Origin: Lepidodermella squamata
Taxonomy: Eukaryota; Animalia; Gastrotricha
DNA: 64,000 bases
Assembly: GCA_047495785.1 (NCBI GenBank)
Contig: JBLDXI010000004.1
Coordinates: 2,542,001 to 2,606,000, forward strand
Direction of reading: 5' to 3'
The translations under genes were made by a program, and so were the position numbers. Of this stretch, positions 35,264 through 47,369 are shown in pieces (the stretch's first letter is position 1; each line of letters begins with the position of its first letter). Under the pieces are notes generated by a model. It did not search any database, was not told the DNA's origin, and saw only the letters and a list, made by a program, of their open reading frames with translations.

Positions 35264-35335
35264 GCGTCAGTGGTGTAACGGTCAGCATGGTTGCCTTCCA
35301 AGCAGCCGATCCGGGTTCGACTCCCGGCTGACGCA
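35264..35335 (+). tRNA. tRNA-Gly (TCC)
   Basis: Acceptor stem GCGTCAG/CTGACGC, A-box TGGTGTAACGG, anticodon loop CTTCCAA, B-box GGTTCGACTCC, T-run terminator downstream. Confidence 0.95.
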
Positions 35336-35448
35336 CATTTTTTGCGTTTTCATAGCGCTTTTTTATGCATATGCAGACAAATTGTCAAGTTGATGATTAG
35401 ATCATGAAACGATACCGTCCGCAATTTTCCGGCCTAACCCCTTTCTTT

Positions 35449-35640
35449 ATCGCTTCTCGGCCTTTTTGGCTATGATCAAAGTGTAGTATCTGTTCTTTGT
35501 AGTTTAATATCTACAACGGCCTCCATGTGGGGCCTACGATATTAGCCCGATTTTTGGCTAGCCGGGCAGGAGCCGCCAGCTTGCTGGACCCTGCCCATGA
35601 GTCGGCCCGGTATTGCAGTGCCTCCGGGATTCGGCTCACC
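35449..35640 (+). ncRNA. U2: U2 spliceosomal snRNA
   Basis: 5' ATCGCTTCTCGGCCTTTTTGGCT, branch-point recognition GTGTAGTATCTGTTCT, Sm site ATTTTTG, stem-loop IV loop TATTGCAGT; 3' end approximate. Confidence 0.92.
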
Positions 35641-36025
35641 CCCACTACTGGGGGGATGAAATTAAAAACAAGAAACGCACCGTTGTCTATTTTCTAGTTT
35701 TAAGACCCTGGCTATCTTGTTGGTAGTTTCTTTTTTAGCAGTGTTTCTCTTTTTTCAAGGGAGGAAGTGCTATCATCCCCTTCACTTGGTCACAGGGGAA
35801 TTACTCCCTGTTCTCGTCGTGTACCTAGGCGTGAATGTCGTTCACCGCACGAACCAGCCGTGCTTCGATTGTCGATTGTTCAAGACTAATATTGCACTTG
35901 GACTCCTCATTAGACAATAATTTTGGGTCGGCGCGATGTTTTCAAGCGTGCACTCAAGCGCAGTGTACAGTTCAAACTCTTGCATTATTGATGTTTAGAT
36001 CGATTTTTTGGAGAACCGTTTCGTG

Positions 36026-36040
36026 CAGCGTGGGATAATG
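36026..36040 (+). promoter_or_regulatory. Cluster-conserved upstream motif (gene F)
   Basis: CAGCGTGGGATAATG exact. Confidence 0.6.
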
Positions 36041-36124
36041 CTGGTAGCAAATATGATCTTTTAGCGTAAACAAGCCGGGGATCATCAGATACTCGAAGGT
36101 CCTAAGGGTTATACTTTCTATGCC

Positions 36125-39045
36125 ATGTTGTTTTTTCTGCTCGCTTTCGTGAGCTCTCTCATAACCCCAGCGAAATTTGCTTGCCCGGCGTCTTCCTGCA
36201 CGATAACACGTAAGGTCGAATGAGTTAAAAGATGAAAACAATTTTTTTATTGTCTCGAACAGCGACTTGCCCACTCGGTTACACTTACAATGCATGCTAC
36301 GACAATTGCTACATGTGGAGCTCGTAAGTTTCTGCTCGAATGATTTCTGTCCACCAAATTAAGTGTTATGACTTATGACCTGAAAATATGGACAAAATAT
36401 GAAAATTTGGACTTGACGTTATAATTCTACTATCTAACCCGGTCTGGTTGTATCAACCAAACATCGCAAAGAAATGCAGACACCTGCCTTGAATGAGAAA
36501 CCTCGACAAAGTTGCAATCATCTGATTTTCAAACTCACTCAGGGTTCAAGATCGGGGCAAATTTCATTTCTCTATGGCTAGCTATAGAATAATCCTTTAT
36601 TCCCAAATCCGGACTCAGTACGGTATATAATGAAACCCGGAATCCGTGTACACCGGACTACTCTGACTGACGCGACTCAAGTCCGGTTAAGAAATCTTTC
36701 ACTCCATCTTTCTCTGACGTGATCGCTTGAACTCGGAACATTATCTCCCACAGGAATACTCTGTCTTATATGGCGGCTCTGCAGCAATGCATGGCAAACG
36801 GGGCTCATTTTTTCGTTCCCAATACAGAAGACGAATTTAACTATGTTATGGGAATGGCAAATCAAAGTGCCTTCTACTGGTTCGGCCTGCAAGACTGGGC
36901 GTCTCGAGGAGCTGGTAACAACGCTGGGCAGTGGGTCTACGGCAACAACTACACAAAAGACCCGGATGGGAAGTGGTATTTCATGGACGAAACACCCACT
37001 TACATCACAGCTGCGAATCTGGTACTTCAATCTAACTCAACCTTAATCGAGCCTGGGCCTTTCAGCTGGTTACCTTGGCTCAATAATCCTGGAAATGACA
37101 CCTATGTCGCCGTGCTTGCTTACTCGTCTTTCTGGGGAGCTTATGCCATCAACACCTATCAACTGAAGCCTAACTACATCTGCGAGGTGTCCAAGGTCTG
37201 CTCAACCTGCAGAGCTGGTTTTACCCGCTACCTATCAAATTGTTACTTATATCGAAACGACTCGTTGGACTACTACGGCGCGACTGGGATATGTGGCGCG
37301 ACTAACTACGGCGCTGGCACGACCCTTTGGATGCCACGTCGCTGGCATTCGATCATTTTCGCGAGATTTCTAGCCGCGGCTGTTGGTTGGGCTCTTACAA
37401 TTGGGCTGACTTCGATTGACCCGCCGTATTCGTGGAAATGGGCTGATAACGTAACTGTTTCGTTGTCTGATAACTTCGACATTCCGCCTTTGACGATTCG
37501 TTATGGGATGTATGTCGATACGGTGATTCGAATTGTGCCTGATACGGATATAGCGAATTTATCGACTATTTACCAGGGCTTTTCAAATTTGACCTCTGGT
37601 TGGCGGGGCATTAATTCAGCTCAGTGGCAAAATTGGACGAACCGGTACGTTTGCCAACAAGCGGCTACGTCTAGATTGGCGACAACTAATCTTGCGCCGA
37701 CTACATCAACGTCATCAACCACAGAGACACCCACTACTACTGTGAGCTCATCATCAACGACAGTGACTACGTCAGTTTCCTCGTCCACGTCAACTTCAAC
37801 ATCTACAACTACAACTTCGACTACGTTAACAACCACTGCAAGCTCCTCAACTGTGACTACATCGATAACTACGGGGGCGACGCCCGATTCATCGTACATG
37901 CCCACAACAGCAATAGCAATGACGAGTACGACTTCGACTATAGTGATTTCGCCAGAAACTACGCAGCTATCAACGATTGCTGTGAGTGGGGGATATTGTG
38001 GCGATGCTATAGTGCAGACAAATCTCAACGAGGAGTGTGATGATGGAAATACGTTATCGAGCGATGGATGCGATACTAATTGCAAGTTCGAAGGTGAGTC
38101 CGATTCATCTAATTTTCGAAAACATGGACCTTCCTCCTCAACTTCTCAAAAATAAGAGAGTCCTTAGTTGTATCGCTGGAAATCGTAGAAAATTCAATAT
38201 TTTGCTGGTTTAAAAATTCAAATTCTTTGGAGAAACACAGTTCAAACCTTATTCTACGTCCATTTTGGTAGCACAAGGATTCCGTATTAATCCCGACAAA
38301 AAGGAATACTAACATTTTTGATCCATATTATAAGCACTTAACGCAAAGCTGGATATTTACTTTGCGATCGACTGTTCCCGCTCAATCCGCATGACGCACC
38401 TTTCAGCACTCAATGGCCTTCTGAAATTGCTCACTGAACAAATTATTCTCGTTGCCAGGTCGACACAGGTATGTATCATTATCTCATTATTAAAAATACG
38501 CAGAACAAGATCAATAAAACAGCTTGGAGTACTCATGTTTGGTGGGCGTGTTGTAGGCGGACATTTTGTGACTCTGGCAAAAGGCAGCTTACAATTCACA
38601 GACTCGATTTCGATTGATTCTTTCTACAGTAAACTTCCGTACTTCGAAGGCCCTGGAAATGTCTCAAATGCGCTCAACAGACTTATGGATCCGGCGATTT
38701 TCAGCCCGAAAGGTCAGCAGATTTGTCTTACTTAATTTCAAACAAAATCGTGATCTTGTCTCAGATGGATTCCGGTTTGATGCAGTATCGATCGCCGTAA
38801 TTTTCACAGCATCCCCTAGCTCTGACGCTTCAGCTCTAGAAAGAAAATTGAGCTACCTGGTGTCATCAAAACGGCGAATAATTTTGGTTCAATTGCCATC
38901 TAGCTATAAACATCAGAATTCGGAGCTCGATAAACAAGCAGCAAGATTCGCTGCAAATGGTTTTTCGGTCATTAAAATCGAAAACTGGAAAAACCTGATG
39001 GCCTATGCTCCAGCTATATTACATGAGCTTCAAAAGATTACCTAA
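36125..39045 (+). CDS. Gene F: SP-CTLD-CTLD-mucin-MyxoCys-vWA; exons 36125-36209, 36263-36323, 36754-38093, 38335-38468, 38523-38712, 38765-39045
   Basis: Same exon structure as gene A, frame intact. Confidence 0.85.
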
Positions 39046-39879
39046 ATGTGATCATTAGAGCTGAATAAAATCGCAAAGCTTCCGAGACCCGCAACATATC
39101 CTTATGAAATCATATTTAGGGAATCATTTTTCAATTTTTCGGATAGGCTGATTCCAGGTTAAGATGTGAGGAATGCGATGGTCGGATATTTTCAACTTTT
39201 GTTTAACAACGATTATCCTTCTATACTTTTGGCAGCGATCAGCTTGGATTAATTTGAAAGACAGCGACATTATTTGGTATCAGACGTTTCATTTTATTGC
39301 GGATATTTATCGTAAAAATAACAGAATGAATGACCCTTCTTCAATGCATTTGTCTAGGCACACGTTGATAAAAAACAGAGATTTGTTTACAACCATCTTC
39401 CGTTCCCGTCAGAATAATGTTTGGTCGAGTGTGTGTTTATTAAATGGTTCCCCTGGCGAAGCTCCTATATAACTTTTAGAAAATCAGCGCATGACGTAAC
39501 TCCCCTTTACTCGTGCCCTTTTCACGCGAGTCAGTCTACATTGTTAAATTTCCAGGGAACGCCGCTCCACATTTTTGCAGCCGTGGTCTACACTACGTCT
39601 ACGATATTATGTCTACGACTTATTTCCCGTTCTGATTTCTATGACTCACCTAACGCGCCCATTCCTAGGGTTTGCGAGGTTTCAAACGTTTTCCGCCGAT
39701 AATCAGCTGCTTAAAAGCGACATGCTATAAATTGCTATTAATTTTTCGAACTCTCACAGCTATTGACATGTTTATCAATTGTTTAGAGTACCAACGCAGA
39801 CGGGCGATCTTACTATATAAACAGGTAAAGTCGTAGATCCTAAGGTCACAAAGACAGTAAGATTTTATATTGAAAACAA

Positions 39880-42613
39880 ATGATTTTCCTCTTTACATTT
39901 GTTAGCTCTCTCATAACACAGGCAGATTCTGCTTGCCCAGCATCTTCTTGCACAATAACACGTAAGATTTGATAAATTTAAAATGAATTCTGCCAGTGAT
40001 CAATCGTTCCAAACAGCGACTTGCCCTCTAGGTTACACTTACAATGCATGCTACGACAGTTGCTACCTGTGGAGCTCGTAAGTTCAGTTCAGGAAGGCCA
40101 ATAACAGGTTGTTAGCGAATCGAAATACAAGCTAGCAATCAGTGGCTGAATTCCTAGCCCACTTGAGGAGCCAGTATAGATTATAGATTCCCCGATACCA
40201 TCATTATCTGAGAAGATCATTTCAACTTTAAACACCACAGGAATACAATGTTTTATATGGCGGCTCTACAGCAATGCATGGCAGACGGGGCTCATTTCTT
40301 CGTTCCTAATACCGAAGACGAATTCAAGGACGTAATGAGCATGGCCACGCAAGGCTCCGTTTACTGGTTCGGCCTTCAAGACTGGGCGTCTCGCGGGGCT
40401 GGCAACAACGCTGGCCAGTGGGTCTACGGCAACAACTATACAAAAGACCCAGATGGGAAGTGGTACTTCATGGATGAAACACCTGATTTCATAACAGCTG
40501 CGAATGTTGTACTTCAACCTGATTCAACCTTAATCGAGCCTGGGCCGTACAGCTGGTTACCTTGGAGTGGTTACGGCGGTAATGACACTTATGTCGCCGC
40601 TCTTGCTTACTCGTCCGTTTGGGAAGCCTACTCGTTCAACACCTATCAAGTGAAAATAAACTACATCTGTGAGGTATCAAAGGTATGCTCAACGTGCAGA
40701 GCTGGTTTCACTCGCTACCTCTCAAATTGTTACCTGTATCGAAACGACTCGGTAGACTACAACAGTGCGGCTGAAGTATGTAGTGCGACTAACTACGGAG
40801 CTGGTACAACCCTTTGGATGCCACGCCGCTGGCATTCGATCATTTTCGCGAGATTTCTAACCGCGGCTGTTGGTTGGCCTCTTACAATTGGGCTGACCTC
40901 GATTGACCCGCCGTATTCGTGGAAATGGGCTGATAACACGACTGCCTCTCTGTCCGATAATTTCGACATGCCGCCGTTCACGATTCGATATGCCCCGTAT
41001 TACGATTCTGTTATTCGAATCGTGCCTGATACGAATATAGCGAATTTATCGACGGTGTATGAGGGATTTTCTAATTTGACCTCTGGTTGGCAAGGAATAT
41101 ATATGGCGCAGTGACAGAAATGGTCAAATCGATATGTTTGCCAACAACCTGCTACGTCTATGTTGGCTCCAACTACTACTGAACCAACTACAAATAAACC
41201 CACTACTACTGCTACAAGCTCCTCATCTACAGTGACTACGTCAATTCTGGTAACTTCGTCCAGATTAGCATCAACAACTCTTGAACCTACTTCATCATCT
41301 TCTACGACTTCTTCAAGCTCTTCAACAACAGAGATTACGTCTACGAGAGATTCTTCTACTCTTGAGATGACTTTGCCAAACTTCCCAACTACGGAAATCC
41401 TCGAAGCTCCTGCTAGCACCTCAACAACAGTGAATACTTCAGTTACAGTATCAACTGGGGCTCCGAGAGATTCCGCGTTTAGCCAGGCGCCGACTTCTCT
41501 TGATATGACTTCGCCAACCTTTTCAACTACGGAAACACCGGCAACTACAGTGATCTCCTCAATAACAGCGACAGGAACTACGACAGATTCTTTGTCCACA
41601 TTCACTGCAACTCCGACTACAAGTAGTAAGACTGGAGTGACAAATTCAGTCACATCACTCCTTACAACGCAGCTATCCAGCAAGAAAATGCCAATAACTG
41701 GAGGTTATTGTGGCGATGCCATAGTGCAAAAAAATCTAAACGAGGAGTGTGATGATGGAAATACCAGACCGACCGACGGCTGTGGCCCTAATTGCAAGTT
41801 CGAAGGTGAGTACGATTTTTTATAATTTTATAAATTGCGCTATCCCTCCTGGGACTTTGTGACTTCTGTAGGAGACAAAATAACGTGTTTCCTCAATATT
41901 TTAAGCGCTCAATGCAAAGCTAGATATCTACTTTGCGATCGATTGCTCCCGCTCGATCACCATGACACACCTTCCAGCACTGAAAGGCCTTTTAACAGTG
42001 CTAACGGATCAAATTATTCTCGCTTCCAATTCGACGCAGGTAAGCGCCGTAGTAGTATGAAGTCACTGATCGGAACGTAGCTATCGTTGCAGCTTGGAGT
42101 ACTTCTTGCCGGTGGTCGTGTTGCTGGGCAACGCGTTTTAAATCTTGCAGGCGGCAGATTGCAATTGGCAAACTTGATTGCAATTGGGAGTTTCTATAGT
42201 AAACTTCCTTACTTCGAAGGTCCTGGAAACGTCTCGAATGCCCTCAACAGACTTATGGATCCGAATATTATCAGCCCGAAAGGTCGGTTGATTTTGATTC
42301 TCTATTTCAAAATCTTTTTAATTTTGTTTTAGATGGATCCCGGATAGATGCAATATCAGTTGCCGTAATATTCACAGCGTCTCCGAGCTATGACGTTTCA
42401 CTTCTTGAAAAGCAATTGAATTTCCTAGCGTCCTCAAACCGGCGCCTAATTCTGGTTAAATTATTGTCTAGCTTCAGGAATCAAAATTTGGAGCTCGAGA
42501 AGCAAGCTGCAAGATTTAGAAAACATGGTTTCTCAGTAATTGAAGCTAAAAACTGGGACAACTTGAGTGTCTATTCCGCAGCAGTACTACACCAGCTGAA
42601 ACAGATTTCGTAA
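39880..42613 (+). pseudogene. Gene G: CTLD-type paralogue with one in-frame TGA (41112-41114); exons 39880-39961, 40017-40077, 40241-41805, 41906-42039, 42093-42282, 42333-42613
   Basis: AQ*QKWSNRYVC aligns to AQWQNWTNRYVC in gene F (TGG to TGA); the downstream frame and splice sites appear intact. Confidence 0.75.
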
Positions 42614-44267
42614 AATATGAAAATTCGAGTTGAACAACTTGAAAATCTCAAGGTCTCAATATTTTCAACGGAACTTTCAACGTAACATCCTACATTTGTT
42701 AAGCTTCTCAACTTTCCAATTACCAACAATGTTATTCATTTGGTTTCTAAGGACTAGTGCTCCGAACCAAAATTGTATAGCCAAAGGGTATATCCCTCTC
42801 CTTTTTCAAGGTCAAAATTCCGAAATCGTTCATATAGCCGTGAAAGAGTTAGAGGCAAATTAGCTGCGAAAATATCTGTAACACTATAACGAAAATATCT
42901 GATAGGGCGCTGTGCCGTGACAGGCAGAAATGCTAAATGTAACGGGGGTTTTATGATGATTCCCCTCTACTGGTAACGATCTTCGGGAGGGTTCAAAACT
43001 CCTAGCGGGTTAGGATACCACTACTTCTTTTATTCTGATATTAAATTAAGATGGAAAGTAACTCTCTCTCTCTCTCTTTCTTACAATGGTAGGTTGGTAT
43101 TTATAGTCTATTGTCTATTGATATCATTATAATTAATGTGACAGTTGTGAAACGTCATAACAAGCATTGAGAGATTGTTGTTGTTTATACCTCTATTAAT
43201 ATAGTATAATTAATTACTCTTACATAACCGAAAATTCTAATAAACTTTTTTCGATTGTTTTTTCACGAAATTCACATGCTTATGATCCTCTTGATGCGAT
43301 GAGGTAGCTGGTTTCAAAATAAATAAGAAATTTTATCATTCGCGTTTTTTTAATGCTGACGACGCGCTTTTGTTTTCAGCCGCGCACTTCGGACAACTTC
43401 GGAGAGAGAACAATAGAAACATCGGACGAAATTCGCCGCAATTCGGAGCTGATAAGACGTCCGAAGTAACGCACATGGGCTCCGAAGTCCGAAGTTCGGA
43501 TACACCCGTCCGAACCGAAGCGCCGTCCGAAGTGTTTATGAATCCTGCATTAACTTATTTCTTAAAAATCAAGGTGAGCTCCGAAATTTCTTGAAATTTA
43601 CCTGACGATACAGAATCTTTAACCCGAGGTTTCGCATTTCCCCCCAATTTTCAGACAAAAGATTGCTTATTCGAAAATAAATTAGGTGTCCAAAGTTAGG
43701 GACCGTTAGGCTATAGAATCGCTATTACATTCGAAAGTAGCCCTCTGACATCAGCGCACGACCAAAAAGTGCACGTTTATCCTCCAATTGCGCAACAGAC
43801 GCTTGAAGGCCGGACGGAACTAATATGGGCCCGGAATTGAGCACTTCAATTATAACGTAAATTGTTGTTCCCTTCCTATTTCCTACCTAAACAACAATGG
43901 AGTATGGAGTAGAAAATCAGAGATTAATAATGCATGCGAGAAAAGCGTGCTTTAACTAATTTTTTTTATTTTACAGGAAGTTTGGCAGAAACTAGTCAAA
44001 AATAGGGTGATACCGCGTCATGATCGAACGCAAAAGGCCGCATCCCTGCCGCCGCCGGAAAATCCGTGTTTGCAGATCACTGTTTTGGACAACACAAATC
44101 AGACGTGCGTCCGTCCACAAATATGGGGATAGCAGGTTTCCTACGTCATAATACGTCACATGGCTTTATCGGAGCAATGGTTTACTGGGAAGCATGAGGC
44201 TAAAACTGACGCGTATGGCTAATCTGAATTTTTTCGAATTTATTTGATGGTCATTAAGAAAGATTTA

Positions 44268-45458
44268 ATGGAAACTAAACGGCTCATTCTTTTCTCTCTC
44301 GTTTTGAGATTTTCCTCAGCGATATTCGTTCCACCCGCGGAAGCATTGAGGCAGCACTTTGAAAAGGAATGTAGCCTCACTTCCAAATTTCGTCCGCTGG
44401 AGAGATTCAACGAAACCATCGCCGTTGACGTGCAGTTCATCCCTATTCGCTTGGTTGAGCTTAACATACCCGAGGAGAAATTTTCGGTTATGATGACAGT
44501 CAACTTTTTCTGGAAACATCCTTGCGTTCAGTGGAATGCAACAGACTGGGACGGAGTGGACTTCTTCTACGTTGAATCGTTTTCTACTTGGTACCCTGAT
44601 GTATATATCGCCAATGGCTACAACGAAGTCACGTTCAAAAACATTTTCAAAGATGAAGAAAAGGTTTTCTTCAACAGTAACGGCCAAGTAATACTAGGAC
44701 CTCTCGGTCTATTTTCAGTTTACTGCAATTTTGAGTGAGTTCAAGTTTTAATCACACCTTCAAGGCTTATTCATCTTGTTCTGAACAGCGTAGTAAAATT
44801 TCCGTTCGACAAGCAAGTTTGCGCTGTTGATATTGAATCGTGGCATAGCAATAAGACAATGGCGTTGACGGCTTACGTAGAAACGGTGATACAACAGGCC
44901 GATAACTGGCCTTTCGTCGCATCGAAATCAGTCTGGCAATTAACTGGCTTACAGACGAAAAATACGACTTTAAAGTATGATGATATCATCTCTACCAACC
45001 ATTTCCACCGTACCAGCGTCGAATTTAGTTTCTCACGCAAAGCAACCAGCTACATAGTGAATATATTCCTGCCGTGTTTCAGCTTGACAACCGTTCTCTT
45101 AGGATTCATTTTCATGGAACCAGGAGCGCCCGATAGGCCAATGTATTGCGTGACAATCCTGTTAGCATTTTCCGTACTCCAATCATCTATCATCGATTTG
45201 ATACCGAGTTCCAGTGTCCTGCCTTACGCCGTGTGGATAGTGACCGTCAATTATATAACTGCAATTTCATGCACTTTGTACTCATTGATAGTTTGCTACC
45301 TGGCTTCTCCAACGGGATCGCTGTATTCAAGGCGGCCGAAGTGGATCTCAATTTCGATTGACAGCTTCATTCGAAGGATTGATGCTATCTTTATAACCGC
45401 GGCAACGAGTAATCTAGTGATTGCCGATGTTTATTTCTTAGCCAGAATGCTGGAATAA
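44268..45458 (+). CDS. Cys-loop pentameric ligand-gated ion channel subunit; exons 44268-44734, 44789-45458 (alternative ATG 44247)
   Basis: Signal peptide, RP motif, WYPDVYIAN, spliced Cys-loop CNFDVVKFPFDKQVC (C-x13-C), YIVNIFLPC M1 and four hydrophobic segments. Confidence 0.88.
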
Positions 45459-45892
45459 TAGAAACAGTGCTTCGGATTTGATTTGATTTAGACCTTATTC
45501 TAGCTTATGTATATTAATGACGATTGATTTGCGAGAGGCTGCCTTTTAATTTTATTAATTTAATTTATGTTGATTCACCGTGAGGGATGCAATCAAAAAA
45601 CTTGAGATCTTTCCGCCTGTTTTCCATAAGAATTCGCTTTGAAGAGGGGCCTCTAGTTTCAAATTCGCGTCATGATTCAAATGTTAATAAATTATCAAAA
45701 ATGAAAAATCAAATGATCCACTGTGTGACAACTTGAAATTCCAATCCAATGGACTCCCGGATGGAACGTTCAGTCGTGAACTTACGATGAAACTTACGGA
45801 ACAAATTATACTTGCTTCCACGTCGGCTCAGAACACATTGTAGTTTTGTCGCTGAAATTGCTGAAATTGCTTGATAATTTCGCATTTCGCAG

Positions 45893-46410
45893 CTTGGAAT
45901 GAATTTTGGCGGCCGAACTGCTGGAATACGCGTTTTATCTCTTGAAGGCGGAAGATTACAATTCACGGACCCGGCTTCCATCAATGAGTTCTACAGTAAA
46001 CTAGGATACTTCGAAGGCCCAGGAAATTTCTCGAATGCGCTCAACAAACTTATGGACCCGTCGATATTCAGTTCAAAAGGTCTGTTGATGTTTTCTGAGA
46101 ATCAAAGGAACTAGGAAATTTCTATACTCAGATGGATCACGAATTGATGCAGTCACAGTCGCGGTAATGTTCACAGCATCCCCGAGCTCTGACGTTTCAG
46201 CACTAGAAAAGCAATTGAGCTATCTTATATCCTCGAAACGGCGTATAATTTTGGTTCAATTAAAATCCAGTTACGGGCATCATAATTCAGAGCTCGAGAA
46301 TCAAGCAGCTGGATTCACTGCGCATGGCTTTTCGGTCATCAAAATTGAGAGCTGGAATCGCGTGATGGCCTATGCTCCAGCTATATCACGAACTTCAAAC
46401 AATTACGTAA
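45893..46410 (+). pseudogene. vWA-only relic of a cluster gene
   Basis: Last two vWA exons with the conserved intron and a frameshift near the 3' end; upstream exons missing or degenerate. Confidence 0.75.
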
Positions 46411-46552
46411 TTATATCTTATATTATATTATCTTATATTATTATATAAATATCTCCAGTTAAATAAACTTTAACTAACCTTCCAGGACGCACGCTAACGT
46501 TCAGCAAAAATAAAAAGAATAACAGCACGAAATGAGTCAAAGTTTTCGCAAG

Positions 46553-46624
46553 GCGTCAGTGGTGTAACGGTCAGCATGGTTGCCTTCCAAGCAGCCGATC
46601 CGGGTTCGACTCCCGGCTGACGCA
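46553..46624 (+). tRNA. tRNA-Gly (TCC), copy 2
   Basis: Identical to 35264-35335; followed by TTTTT. Confidence 0.95.
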
Positions 46625-46739
46625 CATGTTTTTGGATTCCCATAGCAATTTTATTATGCATATGCAGAAAAACTGCTTATTCTATGATCAAATCATAGGG
46701 AGATACCGGCGAAACTTTTCCGGCCTAACCCCTTTCTTT

Positions 46740-46931
46740 ATCGCTTCTCGGCCTTTTTGGCTATGATCAAAGTGTAGTATCTGTTCTTTGTAGTTTAATA
46801 TCTACAACGGCCTCCATGTGGGGCCTACGATATTAGCCCGATTTTTGGCTAGCCGGGCAGGTGGCGCCAGCTTGCTGGACCCTGACCACGAGTCGGCCCG
46901 GTATTGCAGTGTCTCCGGGTTTCGGCTCACC
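46740..46931 (+). ncRNA. U2: U2 spliceosomal snRNA, copy 2
   Basis: 5' half identical to copy 1; several substitutions in stem-loops III and IV. Confidence 0.92.
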
Positions 46932-47369
46932 CCCACTACTGGGGGAATGAAATAAAAAACAAAAACCTAATATTCTCTTCTTTCAAACAATTGATGAAGA
47001 GCAATGACAAATTTATTTATTGCATTGCTAATTCGACAAAAAGGTTGACCTGTCTATATTCAAGAAAATCAGTTTAAAAAAATTTCGGAGAGAATCAAAA
47101 CAAAAAACAAATGTGTTTGTGCATGCTTTATAATTCATGAAACACTGGTTTTGGTGGTCCAAATCGATAATATACTTCGAACCACGTTATTTTTTCAACG
47201 GACGACTGCAGCAGTTGTACCTGAGCCGTCGGGTGCTTTCGTCTGGGAGTTATCAATGAAGTTTTGACCCACAAAGGATGTCTAGACGGACGGTTGTGAT
47301 TATTTTATGAAAATATACAACAATCGACAACTAATAAAAAAGCATTCGATATGGCTCACATAAACCGGA

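Noticed and set aside
41112-41114. Selenocysteine codon
   Set aside because: It aligns with Trp or Leu, not Cys, in paralogues, and I see no SECIS.
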